Below the pieces are notes generated by a model. It ran no database searches. It saw only the letters and a program-made list of their open reading frames with translations, and had not been told where the DNA came from. Positions 41,957 through 52,965 of a stretch of 64,000 nt of DNA are shown here, piece after piece. The stretch lies in the NCBI GenBank assembly GCA_963776345.1, contig CAVZMH010000013.1:32001-96000 (forward strand), in the 5' to 3' direction. Both the position numbers and the translations under genes were made by a program. The DNA is from an uncultured delta proteobacterium (GTDB lineage Bacteria; Myxococcota; Myxococcia; Myxococcales; Myxococcaceae). Position 1 is the first letter of the stretch. The number at the start of each line of letters is the position of its first letter.

Positions 41957-43540
41957 GCGCAGACGAGGTCCAGCCGCCGGCCGAGTCGCCGGACGAGTTC
42001 CAGCTGATCGACCTGCAGCTCTTGCGGCACCATGCCGGGTTCGTCCTCCGTTCGGTGCGGAGGCGCAAGGTGGCTCGCCGGCTTCGCCTTCCTCCTGGTC
42101 CTGGGCATCACCGGCGGGGTGCTCGCGGTGCTGCCCCGGACCTACCGCGTCGAGACGCAGCTCCTCGCCCAGAAGAACTCGCTCATGCCCGCGCTCGGGA
42201 ATCCGGGCCGGACGGTGCCCTCGGACGCCGACGCCCCCACCCGCGCCGCGCACGAGGCGGTCCTCCGTCGCGACAACCTGGTCTCGCTGATGAAGCAGAC
42301 CGACCTGATGAACCGCTGGGAGACCACCCGCCCGCGCCTCCTGCGGATCAAGGACTGGGTGATCGACACCTTCGGGCCCACTCGCACCGACGAGGAGCGG
42401 CTCCAGTCGATGATCGAGTACCTGGAGAAGCAGGTCTGGGTCACCACCACCGACGACACCGTGAGCATGGGCATCGACTGGCCCGACGCCGAGCAGGCCT
42501 ACCGGCTGGTGGACGCCGCGCAGCAGAACTTCCTCGAGCAGCGGCACCAGGTCGAGGTCTCGGCCATCGCCGAGACCATCTCCATCCTCGAGGGGCATGC
42601 GCAGAACCTGAAGGAATCCATCGACCAGGCCATGGACGACCTCACCCGGGCCGAGGCGGCGAAGTCCAAGGGACGGGGCATCCTCGCGATGCCCCTGCCC
42701 GTCCGGCGGGACCCGGCGTACGACGCGCAGCGGGCCCAGGCCTCCGAGATGAGGGTGATGCTCGACAGCAAGCGCCAGGCGATCAAGGAGCTCGAGGAGT
42801 TCCGGCGCCGGCGCCTGGCCGAGCTCCAGGTCGAGCTGGCCCAGCAGCGCGCCGTCTACTCCGACGTCCACCCCGCGGTGGCGAAGGTCCTCCAGAGCAT
42901 CGCCGCCCTCCAGAAGGACTCGCCCCAGCTCCTGGCGCTGCGCCAGGACGAGCGCCAGCTGATCTCCGAGTACGAGAAGGTGGCGCGGGTGCCCGCCCCG
43001 GCGACCGCCCCGGGGGCCTCGTCAGCCACGCCCGGGGGCGCGCGCAGGCCGGCCACCGGCAGCCCGGAGGAGACCAGCGCCGAGCTGGCGCGGACCCGGC
43101 TCCGCTTCGCGATGGCCAAGTACGACTCCCTGCTCGAGCGCATCGACAGCGCGAAGATCGAGCTCGACACCGCGCGCGCGGCCTTCAAGTACCGCTACAG
43201 CACCATCCGGCCGCCGCTCTTCCCCAAGCACCCCAGCAAGCCCAACATCCCGCTGGTGCTCGCGGCGGGGCTCATGGTCGCCGTGCTCTCGATGTTCGGG
43301 GCCGCCAGCCTCGCCGACCTGCACTCGCGTCGGGTGCTCGAGCCCTGGCAGATCGAGCGCCTGCTCCAGCTGCCCATCCTCGGCGCGTTGCCGCCGAAGA
43401 CGCCCATGCTCATCCCCGAGCAGGCGCCGGTCCAGACCCCGGCCCAGACGCCGGTCCCGGCCCAGGCCTCCGCCCCCGCGGAGCCGGAGCCCTCGCCGCC
43501 CGCGGAACCCGAGCCGGCGCGGGCAGCGGGGCACGCCTAG
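41953..43540 (+). CDS. Polysaccharide co-polymerase (Wzc/EpsV-like, no kinase domain); +1 frameshift near 42070
   Basis: N-terminal TM helix + PRTY, long coiled coil, P..P..PSKPN before the second TM helix, Pro-rich tail. Confidence 0.85.
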
Positions 43541-43554
43541 GAGCCACAGCGGCG

Positions 43555-44058
43555 ATGAGCGGACCCACCTTCAAGCTGGCCGAGGAGCTGCCCGAGAACG
43601 CCTCGTACTGGGGCGGACCCCCGCCGCTCGAGGTGCAGCAGCTCTGGTTCTCGCTGCAGCGCAGGGAGTGGTCGACCCTGGTGGTCGTGCCGGCGGGACC
43701 GGAGAGCTCGGGCATGGACTTCGGCCGGCCGCTCTACGAGGTGGGTCGCCTGGCGCTGGGTGAGCGGCTCCGGCTGCTCGATGCCCGGGAGGTCCAGGTG
43801 AGCGGGACGGCCGGGGTCATCCTCGACATGCTCGGGACCAACCCCGCCCGTCCGGCCTCGACGGAGTGGAGCGAGCGGGTGCTGGTGGTGGTCGAGTCCA
43901 TCGTCTCGCACCCCGCCGGCATCCCCCTCGCCCTGGCCGCGGATGCCGCGGTGCTGGGGGTGGAGCTCGGACGCTCGTCCATCGACTCGGCACACCGCAC
44001 GCTCGACACGGTCGGACGGACGAAGTTCCTGGGTTGTCTCACCCTCCCTGCGGCATGA
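43555..44058 (+). CDS. Small BY-kinase-like (CapB-fold) protein lacking Walker motifs; putative pseudokinase
   Basis: LWFSL..STLVVVPA, VLVVVESIV...LALAADAAVLGVELGRS...FLGC resembles the BY-kinase C-terminal pattern; no GxGK[ST]; directly after the PCP gene. Confidence 0.6.
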   Translation: MSGPTFKLAEELPENASYWGGPPPLEVQQLWFSLQRREWSTLVVVPAGPESSGMDFGRPLYEVGRLALGERLRLLDAREVQVSGTAGVILDMLGTNPARPASTEWSERVLVVVESIVSHPAGIPLALAADAAVLGVELGRSSIDSAHRTLDTVGRTKFLGCLTLPAA

Positions 44059-45242
44059 CCGCCGCCGCCGAGGAGCGTGCTCCGGTGGAGCTGCTTCGGG
44101 GGCGGCGCGGCGACACGCTCGTGCTCTCCATGCGCCGGGTGGCGGACGTGGTGGGCTACGTCGCGATGTACGAGTTCGAGGACCTGGTGCTCGAGCTCCT
44201 CGGCGGCGACCGGGCCGCGCCCCGGACCGAGGCGGCGCTGGAGCGCGGACGGCGCGCGTACAAGGCGGTGCGCCTGCTCACCGGCTCCCGCCGCCTGGCG
44301 ACGGCGCTCACCCCACCCGTGGGCAGCCGGCGGCTCGACCGCGACTACGAGCTCTTCCTCGCGGTCTTCAACCACCCCCACGAGCTCTTCAACCTCCACG
44401 CCCTCGCCGACTGGCGGGCCCGCTCGCGCTTCGCCGCCTGCTACATCTGCGAGGCCTGGGAGGCGCAGCTCCCGGCGTACCTGCTCGAGCTGCTGGCGCG
44501 GTTCGACCACGTCTTCCTCGGCGTCGACGGCGCGTGCGAGGCCGTGGCTCGCCTCACCGGACGGCCCTGCACCTACCTCCCCATGGGCGTGGACGCGCTC
44601 CGCTTCCTCCCCGCCTCGCCCTCGGCCCACCGGGGCATCGACGTGTGCGGCATCGGCCGCCGCTCGGCCGTCACCCACCGCGCCCTGCTGGCCTGGGCCG
44701 CGGGGTCGGACCGCTTCTACTTCTACGACACCATGCGCCGCGGCGGCCCGCTCGCCGCCACCACCTTCCACGTCATCGACCCGGCCGAGCACCGGCTGCT
44801 CTTCTCCAATCTCCTCAAGCGGAGCCGCTACTTCATCGCCAACCGCGCCTGGGCCGACCGTCCCTCCCTGACCCTGGGAAGGGACGAGATCGCCTCGCGC
44901 TTCTACGAGGGCGCGGCGGCGGGGACGGTGATGCTCGGGGACCCTCCGGACACCGACGACTTCCGGACCCAGTTCGACTGGCCGGACGCGGTGGTCCGCA
45001 CCCCGTTCGACGCGCCGGACATCGGCGCCACCATCGACGCGCTCGACGCCGACCCGGCCCGGCTGGAGCGCATCCGGCGCGCGGGGGTGGTGAACGCGCT
45101 CGGGCGGCACGACTGGTCCGACCGGCTCCAGCGCATCCTCCGCGTCGCCGGCGTCGCGCCCAGCCCGGAGCTCGAGGCCCGCCTCGCCCGGCTCTCGGCC
45201 CTGGCCGAGCGCTGGACGGTCCGCGCCGCCGGCGTCGGCTGA
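44055..45242 (+). CDS. Glycosyltransferase (Glyco_trans_1_2/CgeB-like)
   Basis: YLPMGVD, IDVCGIGRR, RFYEGAAAG, RHDWSDRL. Confidence 0.78.
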   Translation: MTAAAEERAPVELLRGRRGDTLVLSMRRVADVVGYVAMYEFEDLVLELLGGDRAAPRTEAALERGRRAYKAVRLLTGSRRLATALTPPVGSRRLDRDYELFLAVFNHPHELFNLHALADWRARSRFAACYICEAWEAQLPAYLLELLARFDHVFLGVDGACEAVARLTGRPCTYLPMGVDALRFLPASPSAHRGIDVCGIGRRSAVTHRALLAWAAGSDRFYFYDTMRRGGPLAATTFHVIDPAEHRLLFSNLLKRSRYFIANRAWADRPSLTLGRDEIASRFYEGAAAGTVMLGDPPDTDDFRTQFDWPDAVVRTPFDAPDIGATIDALDADPARLERIRRAGVVNALGRHDWSDRLQRILRVAGVAPSPELEARLARLSALAERWTVRAAGVG

Positions 45243-45252
45243 CGTTTCGGCG

Positions 45253-46470
45253 TCAGGGCGGGCTGCCGAAGACGCGGTCGTACTGCGCCTCCAGCTCGGT
45301 TCGCCAGCCCTCCGCCGCCTCGAGCAGCGAGGCCCGGATCGCGTCGCGCCGGGCGTCGAGCGCCTCCAGCCGCTCGAGCACCCAGGCGACCTCCAGCGCC
45401 TCGAGCGGCCGGCTGTTCCCGGCGAGTCCGGCCGCCTCCATCAGGGCCTCGTTCTTCTCGTTGTACGAGAGGGAGACCACCGGACGGCCGAGCAGCAGCG
45501 CGAGCAGGACGTTGTGGAAGCGGCTGGCCACCACCAGATCGACGCCCGAGAGCTGGCGGAGCAGCGCCTCGAAGCTCTCGGCCGGGGTGTCCTCGACCGC
45601 GCCGGCCACCGAGGGCGCCCGCCGGGCGAGGACGGCGCGGAAGTCGGCCAGCACCGGCTCGTCGTAGGTGTTGTCCCCGATGAGCACCTGCACCCGGTCG
45701 CCCCGGGCCACCAGGCGCTCCACCAGCTCGGCCATCGCCTCGAGGTAGCCGCGGTAGGCCCGAGCATCCTCGTCCCCGCCGACTCCGCGGCTCCGGTAGT
45801 CGTAGAGGCCCACGCCGATGGTGCGCCCCTCGCCTCGGGGTTGCCGGCCGTCGCCGAGCAGCGCCCGGGGGAGGCTGAAGGCGAGGTCCGGGGCGAGCGG
45901 GTCGGCGGACGCCGGGATGCCGGCCTTCACCAGGCGCTCGCGGGACTGCCGGTCACGGTACGAGCGGTAGGAGGCGACGCCCAGGGCTCCCCGGACCAGG
46001 GCCCGGGTGAGCGGATGGCGGAGCGGCTCCACGCCCACGCCGAGGAACACCACCCGGCATCCGGTGAGGCGGGCGGCCAGGGCCCAGCGGAAGAGGTCCG
46101 CCGGAAGCCCGAGCGGCCCCTCGCCGACGTCGGTGAGCATCCCGGTGCCGGTCATGACCAGCGTGTCCAGCGTCCGGGTGCGGCGGATCGCCTCGGCCCA
46201 CTCCCGCCACTCACGGGCGGCGCGCCGGAGCAGCCTCCGGGGGAGGGACACCGGGGGCGACGGCGCGCCCGACCACGAGCGGAGCGAGGAGGCAGGAAGA
46301 CCGTGGCGCGGCCCGGCGTCCTCGGGGGCAGTGCACACCAGCCCGAGGCGCGCCCCGGGGCGGCGGCGACGGACCGCCTGCACCGCCGCGGCGAGCGTGA
46401 CCTCGTTGCCGAGGTTGTGGGTGCCGAAGTTTCCCCAGAAGGCCACGGCGTCTCGCGGTGCCCGTCTCAC
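45253..46470 (-). CDS. Polysaccharide pyruvyl transferase family protein
   Basis: GNFGTHNLGNE, GVGVEP, SYRDRQS, PDLAF, ASRFH, LSYNEK. Confidence 0.88.
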   Translation of the reverse strand: MRRAPRDAVAFWGNFGTHNLGNEVTLAAAVQAVRRRRPGARLGLVCTAPEDAGPRHGLPASSLRSWSGAPSPPVSLPRRLLRRAAREWREWAEAIRRTRTLDTLVMTGTGMLTDVGEGPLGLPADLFRWALAARLTGCRVVFLGVGVEPLRHPLTRALVRGALGVASYRSYRDRQSRERLVKAGIPASADPLAPDLAFSLPRALLGDGRQPRGEGRTIGVGLYDYRSRGVGGDEDARAYRGYLEAMAELVERLVARGDRVQVLIGDNTYDEPVLADFRAVLARRAPSVAGAVEDTPAESFEALLRQLSGVDLVVASRFHNVLLALLLGRPVVSLSYNEKNEALMEAAGLAGNSRPLEALEVAWVLERLEALDARRDAIRASLLEAAEGWRTELEAQYDRVFGSPP

Positions 46471-48357
46471 GTGGCCTCCAGGACGAGGAGCCAGTCGTCG
46501 TCCCCGGCCGCTCCGCCGGGCGTGGTGAACCAGGCGAGGCCCCGGTTGAGCACCTGGCCCACCGGCACCCAGTCTCCGGTGCCCGGTCTGAACCAGCGCG
46601 CGGTCGCCGGGCCGGCGAGCCCCGCGGTGTCCACCACGATGGACCGCGCGCGCCCCGGGGCCCGGGGGGACGTAGGCCAGGAGCAGGTCGCCCTCGCGCG
46701 TCGCGGCCGCCGCCACCCGCTCCTCGCTCCGCGCGAGCCCCTGCCCGGCGGTGACCAGCTGGCGCATGCCTCCGAGGCTCGAGGGGACGAGGCGCTGCCA
46801 GGGCAGCGCATCCAGCAGGCGCCCCAGCCGCTCCATGTCGCGGGTGGCCGGCGATGCGAGGCCCTCCTCCCAGCCCGGACCGAACAGCCACACCGGCCGG
46901 GAGCCGAACACCGCCCCCGCCGTGCAGGACAGGCTCGCCCAGAGCATCAGCGTCCGGACCGGGCCGCTGCTCCCCTGGACTGCCTCGTGCTCGTAGCCGG
47001 TCTCGGCGAGGTACGCGGGCAGCGCGGGCGCGCGGGCGTAGGCCCTGCGGCAGGCGAGGTAGGGCGTGCGGTACCAGTAGACCGAGTTCAGGTCCATCGC
47101 TCGAGCGAACGCCGCGTCGTCCAGCGAGTCACCGTTGGGACGGAAGTGGCCGGTCTGGAGCGCGTCGGGGTCCGCGTCGTGGAGGCCGTGCATCACCTCC
47201 AGCGCGCACCGCTCGAGCGGGCTGCCGGGCGGCGGCGTGCAGTCGCCGCCCTCCACCCAGATGACGTTGCGCTGCCCCCGGAACCGGGCGCCGACGAACC
47301 TTCCGTACGCGGCACAGGCGGCCGGCTCGGTGCGGGCCAGCTCCGCGGACCAGCCCTCGTTGGCGGGTGACGGAGTCGCTGGACAGCCGTAGCCGAGGTA
47401 CGCCGGGACGAGCAAGACCAGCATCCCGTGCCGCTCCGCGCGCCGGACGGTCTCCAGGGCAGCGTCGAAGTAGGCGTCCACCGGGTGGGCGAGCCCTCCC
47501 TCCGGCTGGAAGGGCGCCTCGCCCCGCCGGTTCCTCGGCGCGGCCACGGCGAAGCGGTGCTCGAGCAGGTTCACCAGGACGGTGTTGAACCCGCGGGCGG
47601 CGCGGTCGGCGAGGTAGCGCTCCGCCTCGGCATCGGTGAGGTTGGCCACCAGCGACCAGGCCGCGTCGCCCTGGATGCGGAACGGCCTGCCCGCGAAGTC
47701 GACCAGCGTCCGGTGGTCGGCGGACGCACGGAGCGGAAAGGCCGGCCGGGCCTCGACCGGCACCTCCGACACCACGCGCGCGCTCGCGGTTCGTCCGGCG
47801 AATCGCACCGTGACCTCGGTCGTTCCCGCGCCCTCGACCTCCAGGAAGCCCGCCAGCCCGGGGCGGAGCCGCGCCGTGCGGGGAGGGTCCACCTCCCAGG
47901 CCACCTCCGTGGACACGTCGCGCGCGCTCCCGTCGGGCAGCACCGCCCGGGCGCGAAAGGCGACCGCCCCTCCGGGCCGGGTTCTCGCCGCGGCGGGCAC
48001 GAGCGAGAGCGCGGCGGCGACCGGCGAGCCCACCGAGACCTCCACCGAGGCGCGTGCCTCGAGTCCGGCCCGGCGCGCCTCGACCACCACCGTGCCGGGC
48101 GCCGTCCCGCGCACGCCCCCTGCCCCGTCGAGGGCTGCGGGGCCCGAGACCAGGCTCCACCGCGCGCCGGCGGTCACCGTCTCCACCGCGCCGTCGCGGT
48201 GGGTGGCCAGCGCCTCCAGCTGCACCCGCTCGCCCACCCCGGCCGTGGCCCGGACCGGCTCGACCCCCAGGCGCACCACCGGCGGAAGCTCGCCAGAGCG
48301 TTCCCGGCAGCCCGCGAGCATGGAGAGGGCGAGGGCCAGGGCGGCCCGAGCCTTCAC
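46467..48357 (-). CDS. Lipoprotein with two Ig-like (Big_2) domains + DUF4038 (apiosidase-like) + C-terminal collagen-binding-like domain; +1 frameshift near 46645
   Basis: Lipobox LAGC; GRPFRIQGDAAW, RGFN, NVIWVEGGD, ETGYE, ARWFRPGTG, DDDWLLVL. Confidence 0.75.
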
Positions 48358-49661
48358 ACCCGTCTCCGGAACACCGGCTGCACCGGCCGCCCCGCGAGGT
48401 GGCGCTCGATGCCCTCATCGAGCGCCCGCCGGTAGACCTCCAGCGCGCCGCTCACGCCCTCGACCGTCCGGCGGACCTCCTCCTCGCCGTGGCCGAGGTT
48501 GACCACCAGCGACGGCATGAGCAGTCCCCGGGCGATGGTCTCCTGGAGGAAGAGGGTCCGGAACGGCTGGGACGGCGCGCCCGAGGCGTCGCGGGTCGCG
48601 TACACCAGATTTGCCGGGTGCCCGAGCACTCCGAACGCCTTGCCCAACCCGAGGCGCTCCACCGCGGCCTGGATGCCGTCGCGCAGCGCCTCCCCGGCGC
48701 GGCGCAGCTGCGCGATGACCTCGTGCCGCTGGTAGGCGTCGATGGTGGCCACACACGCCGCCAGCCCGTGCGTCTCGGCGCCGTGGGTGGTGGAGAGGAG
48801 GAACACCCGGTCGCGGTCGGTGCGCAGCCCGCCGAGATCCATCAGCTCGCGCCGCCCCACCAGCGCGGAGACCGAGAAGCCGTTGGCCATGCCCTTGCCG
48901 AAGGTGGAGAGGTCGGGCCGGATGCCGTAGTGCGTCTGCGCGCCGCCGAGGTGCCAGCGGAACCCGGTGATCATCTCGTCGAGGACGAAGAGCGCGCCGT
49001 GGGCGTGCACGAGGTCGATCGCCGCCTGGAGGAAGCCCGGCTTCGGCTCCACCGCGGTCGCCGCCTCCATCATCACGCAGGCGATGCGCCCGGGATGCTC
49101 GGCGAACAGCGCCTCGAGGCTGGCCAGGTCGTTGTAGTGGAACCGGAGCGTCATCTCCGAGATGGCCCGGGGGATGCCGGCGTCCATCGGGGTGGTGCCG
49201 ATGAACCAGTCGTCGGTGGAAAAGAAGGGGTGCTCGAAGGGGACCGCCACCAGGTCGCGGCCGGTCCAGGCCCGGGCCAGCTTCACCGCGGCGGTGGTGA
49301 CGTCGGAGCCGTTCTTGGCGAACTTCACCATCTCCGCGCCGGGGATGATGGAGAGGAAGCGTTCGGCGGCCTCGACCTCCAGCGCCGCCGGCCGAACGAA
49401 GTTCGTCCCGTTCCGCATCGCCCGGAGCGCCGCCTCCACCACCGGGGCGAAACCGTGCCCCAGCGTCACCGAGCGCAGGCCGGCCCCGTACTCGATGAAC
49501 TCGTTCCCGTCCACGTCCCAGACGTGGCTGCCCGCGCCGCGGGCGATGAAGCCCGGCGCCTCCAGCGGGTACTGGTCGTCTCCCTTGGCGTAGGTGTGAG
49601 CGCCGCCGGGGACCAGCTGGTGCGCCCGCTCCCTCAGCCTCCTGCTGTTCTCGAAGCTCAT
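48354..49661 (-). CDS. Class III PLP aminotransferase (glutamate-1-semialdehyde aminomutase-like), probably for sugar biosynthesis
   Basis: PGGAHTYAKGDDQYP, DVDGNEFIEY, FAKNGSD, DEMITGFR, FGKGMANG, STTHG. Confidence 0.88.
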   Translation of the reverse strand: MSFENSRRLRERAHQLVPGGAHTYAKGDDQYPLEAPGFIARGAGSHVWDVDGNEFIEYGAGLRSVTLGHGFAPVVEAALRAMRNGTNFVRPAALEVEAAERFLSIIPGAEMVKFAKNGSDVTTAAVKLARAWTGRDLVAVPFEHPFFSTDDWFIGTTPMDAGIPRAISEMTLRFHYNDLASLEALFAEHPGRIACVMMEAATAVEPKPGFLQAAIDLVHAHGALFVLDEMITGFRWHLGGAQTHYGIRPDLSTFGKGMANGFSVSALVGRRELMDLGGLRTDRDRVFLLSTTHGAETHGLAACVATIDAYQRHEVIAQLRRAGEALRDGIQAAVERLGLGKAFGVLGHPANLVYATRDASGAPSQPFRTLFLQETIARGLLMPSLVVNLGHGEEEVRRTVEGVSGALEVYRRALDEGIERHLAGRPVQPVFRRRV

Positions 49662-50335
49662 CGCCGTCTTCCCTCGCCTCCGGAGAGGACGATCTTCCGT
49701 CCGTAGAAGGCCTCGGCGTGACCGCCCGGGGCGCCCGCCTCCACGCCGCGGAGCCGCATCAGCCCGCGGAAGGCGTCCTCGCTGAACCAGCGCCGGTCAC
49801 GCTGACTGCCGAAGCACGACTCGAGGAGGGAGATCTTCCTGCGGATCAGCGCCGGCGGGAGCGGCACGAAGACGTTGGGCCGGCCGAGGTCTCCGTCGAT
49901 CTTGAGGATCTCGTACTCGAGGATCAGATGGTCGCGGAAGGTGTTGTAGGTGAGCTCGGAGACCAGCCGGTGGTCCTGGTGCCGGTCCTCCCGGTAGTGG
50001 GTGAGGACCAGATCCGGGGAGACCTCGCGCTTGAGCTGCTCGAAGAACTCCTTGATGCCCACCGCGACGTAGGGGAAGAAGCCGTCGCGGAAGGCCTGCT
50101 GCACCACCCGGGCTCCGGGATGCTTGCCCAGGACCCGGGCCGCGCCACGCCGGGCCTCGCGGGCCCGCTGGGCGTTCCCGGAGAGCACCACCCAGGTGAT
50201 GCGCCGGACCGGCGCCTCGGCGAGGAGCCGCATCACCGTTCCCGAGCAGCCCAGCTCCAGGTCATCGCTGTGCGCGCCCAGGCACAGCAGCTCGTATCCA
50301 GCCCTCGGCGGGGGGCCGAGGCCCAGCCCCAGCAT
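49658..50335 (-). CDS. PIG-L family deacetylase
   Basis: GAHSDDLELG, DRHQDH, YEI...DGDLG.PN, AEAF. Confidence 0.88.
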   Translation of the reverse strand: MLGLGLGPPPRAGYELLCLGAHSDDLELGCSGTVMRLLAEAPVRRITWVVLSGNAQRAREARRGAARVLGKHPGARVVQQAFRDGFFPYVAVGIKEFFEQLKREVSPDLVLTHYREDRHQDHRLVSELTYNTFRDHLILEYEILKIDGDLGRPNVFVPLPPALIRRKISLLESCFGSQRDRRWFSEDAFRGLMRLRGVEAGAPGGHAEAFYGRKIVLSGGEGRRR

Positions 50336-51135
50336 CACCCTGCGCTCGCCTCTCGCTGCGGAGCCGACTTCCACACCTCCCACGGCGCGCGGCCGGAGTT
50401 GCAGAGGTCGGTCAGCTCCTGCTGCTCCTTGAAGGTGTCCATGCACCAGAAGCGGTCCCAGCGGTAAGCCATCAGCTTGTGCGCGGCGATGAGCCTCCCG
50501 AAGGGCGCGAGCACCAGCTCCTCGCCGGGCCGGATGTACTCGAAGACCTCTCTCCGCAGGGCGAAGAACCCGGCGTTGATCAGGAGGTCCGTGTCGCGCA
50601 CCGGCTGGATCCCGGTCACCTCACCCTCCGGCCCCATCTTCACCACGTGGAAGCTCTGCGAGGGCGGACTGGCGACGAAGGCCGCCACGCTGGACGAGGC
50701 CCGGAAGGTGGACACCATCCGGTCGAGATCCATGTCGGTCAGGCCGTCGGAGTAGTTGGCGAGGAACATCTCGTCGCCCTCGACGTAGCGGCGAACCGCG
50801 GAGAGCCGCTGCCCGATGTTGGAGTGCAGCCCGGTGTCGACGAAGGTGATGTTCCAGTCCTCGATGTCACTCCGCTCCAGCGCCAGCTCCTTCCCGCCAC
50901 GGCGGAGGGTGAAGTCGTTGGAGATCCATTCCTCGTAATTCAAAAAGAATTGCTTGATGACGTCGGCCTTGTACCCGAGGCAGAGGACGAAATCCTTGTG
51001 TCCGAAGTGGGCGTAGTACTTCATCAGGTGCCAGAGGATCGGCCGGTAGCCGATCTTCACCATCGGCTTTGGGATCTCTCCGGTGAGCTCGCGGAGACGC
51101 GTGCCCAAACCACCACAGAACAGAACCACCTTCAT
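50335..51135 (-). CDS. rfbF: Glucose-1-phosphate cytidylyltransferase
   Basis: FCGGLGTRL, PKPMVKIG.RPILWHLMKYY, LCLGYK, VDTG, INAGFF, FWCMDTFKE. Confidence 0.88.
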   Translation of the reverse strand: MKVVLFCGGLGTRLRELTGEIPKPMVKIGYRPILWHLMKYYAHFGHKDFVLCLGYKADVIKQFFLNYEEWISNDFTLRRGGKELALERSDIEDWNITFVDTGLHSNIGQRLSAVRRYVEGDEMFLANYSDGLTDMDLDRMVSTFRASSSVAAFVASPPSQSFHVVKMGPEGEVTGIQPVRDTDLLINAGFFALRREVFEYIRPGEELVLAPFGRLIAAHKLMAYRWDRFWCMDTFKEQQELTDLCNSGRAPWEVWKSAPQREASAG

Positions 51136-51401
51136 CGCCGATGCACCTCCCCCGGGATCGGACCCGGGGTCGCTCTGTCGAGAATCGTCAAGACGCCAGG
51201 AGCCCGGACCGGACCACACCTCGCACCGCGCCCGTGATCTCGTCCCGGAACCCGGCCCGTGCACGCGGCAGATTCGGCCCTCGGGGCACTGCGACGCAAG
51301 CGACGACTTCGCGCGGGTGACGGGTGACCGGGGGTCTCGGGTGACCGCACCCCCGGTACCGATCCGACCGCATCCGCGGCGTGGTACTCAGAGCACCGCG
51401 C

Positions 51402-52934
51402 ATGACCGCCGCTGTCGACACGCCTCCGGGGGGAGCACCGTCCGCTCAGCCGGCCTCCAGCGCCTCGCTGGCCCGGAACGCCTTTCACCTCGTCGCCGGC
51501 CAGGCGGCGACGATGGTCCTGGGCATCCTCTTCAGCGCCGCGCTCGGCCGCACGCTCGGCGCCGGGGACTTCGGCCTCTACTTCCTCATCAGCTCCTTCA
51601 GCACCTTCGCCCTGGTCCTGGTGGACTGGGGACAGCAGTACTTCGGCATCCGCGAGGTGGCGCGGACCCCCGAGCGCGGCCCCGAGCTGCTCGGCACGGG
51701 GCTCCTGCTCCGCGCGCTGGGCACGGGGCTGGTCGCCATCCCCGCCGGGCTCACCGCCTGGGCGCTCGGATACGACGGCCGCACCATCGCCTTCTCCGTC
51801 GCCTTCATCGTCCTGAACCTTCCCTTCTTCCTCGCCCAGGGGTTCGGCATCGTCTTCCGCGGCCGGGACCGCATGGGGCTCGACGCCACGGTGTCGGTGG
51901 TGAACCGGGCGGCGGGGCTGCTCCTGGCGGTCCTCGCGCTCTGGCTCGGCCTGGGCCTCGGGGGGGTGGTCGTCGCCCAGGGCCTGGCCGGCGCCGCCGC
52001 GCTGCTCGCCGCGATGCTCCTCTACCGGCGGCTCGGCGGAGGTCGCCTGCGCGTCTCCAGGGCCACCGCCCGGGAGATCCTGGTCGGGGGCACGGCCATC
52101 GTCGCCATCGGGCTCGCGGTGTACGTGCAGCCCTACCTGGACGCGGTGCTCCTCTCCAAGATGGTGCCCACTCACGTGGTCGGCTGGTACGGGGCGGCCA
52201 AGACCATCATGGGGACCCTGCTCGCCCCCTCGCTCATCCTCGGGGCCGCGGCCTATCCGCGGCTGTCCAGGGCGGCGGTGGACCGGAACCTCTTCCGCCG
52301 CGAGTTCGCCACCGCCCAGCGCCCGATGCTCTGGCTCGGTGGCCTGGGCAGCGTGGGCACCTGGATGTTCGCCGACTTCGCGATCAACCTGGTCTACGGG
52401 CACCGGGGCTTCGGACCGGCGGCGCTGGTGCTCAAGATCTACGGGCTGGCGATGTTCCTGGTCTTCGTCGACGTCCTGATCGGGACCGCGCTCACCGCCG
52501 TGGGGAAGGCCACGCCCTTCGCCGTGGTCAAGGTGGCCAGCGTGCTCCTCGCGGTGCCGCTGGAGGTGCTGTTCATCCCGCGGTTCCAGGCGCGGCTCGG
52601 CAACGGCGGGGTGGGCGTGACGCTCGCCGCGGCGATCAGCGAGCTGGTGATGTTCGCCGGAGGGCTGGCCCTGATGCCCCGGGGCTCGGTGGGCCGGGCA
52701 GTGTTCCTCGACGGCGCCCGGGCGCTGGGGGCCGCGGCCGGGACCGGGGTGGTGGTCCACCTCGCCGCGCCGTTCGGCCCCTGGGCGGGCATCCCGATCT
52801 GCATCCTCTCCTTCACCCTGCTCTCGCTCGCCACCGGCCTCCTGCGCCGGGACGACCTTCGGTTCTTCCGGGAACTCCTCGGACGGGCCCCCTCTCCTCC
52901 TCTGGCCGGCGCCGAGGCGGTGGGTTCCAAGTAG
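51402..52934 (+). CDS. wzx: Polysaccharide flippase (Wzx, MOP family)
   Basis: LARNA...LGRTLG..DFGLY, REVAR, LDAVLLS..VGWYGAA, YPRLS; many TM segments. Confidence 0.88.
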   Translation: MTAAVDTPPGGAPSAQPASSASLARNAFHLVAGQAATMVLGILFSAALGRTLGAGDFGLYFLISSFSTFALVLVDWGQQYFGIREVARTPERGPELLGTGLLLRALGTGLVAIPAGLTAWALGYDGRTIAFSVAFIVLNLPFFLAQGFGIVFRGRDRMGLDATVSVVNRAAGLLLAVLALWLGLGLGGVVVAQGLAGAAALLAAMLLYRRLGGGRLRVSRATAREILVGGTAIVAIGLAVYVQPYLDAVLLSKMVPTHVVGWYGAAKTIMGTLLAPSLILGAAAYPRLSRAAVDRNLFRREFATAQRPMLWLGGLGSVGTWMFADFAINLVYGHRGFGPAALVLKIYGLAMFLVFVDVLIGTALTAVGKATPFAVVKVASVLLAVPLEVLFIPRFQARLGNGGVGVTLAAAISELVMFAGGLALMPRGSVGRAVFLDGARALGAAAGTGVVVHLAAPFGPWAGIPICILSFTLLSLATGLLRRDDLRFFRELLGRAPSPPLAGAEAVGSK

Positions 52935-52965
52935 CGGGCGCCGCCTTGTTGCCGGAGCACATGCA

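Noticed and set aside
45253..48357. 1034-aa DUF4038-pyruvyltransferase fusion ORF
   Set aside because: Artefact of the +1 shift near 46645. The true C-terminus (…DDDWLLVLEAT*) is in another frame and its stop overlaps the next GTG start.
48354..49661. Calling this gene hemL (tetrapyrrole synthesis)
   Set aside because: Its N-terminal motif (GGAHTYAKGDDQYP) and coupling to PIG-L and rfbF indicate the polysaccharide-associated paralogue.
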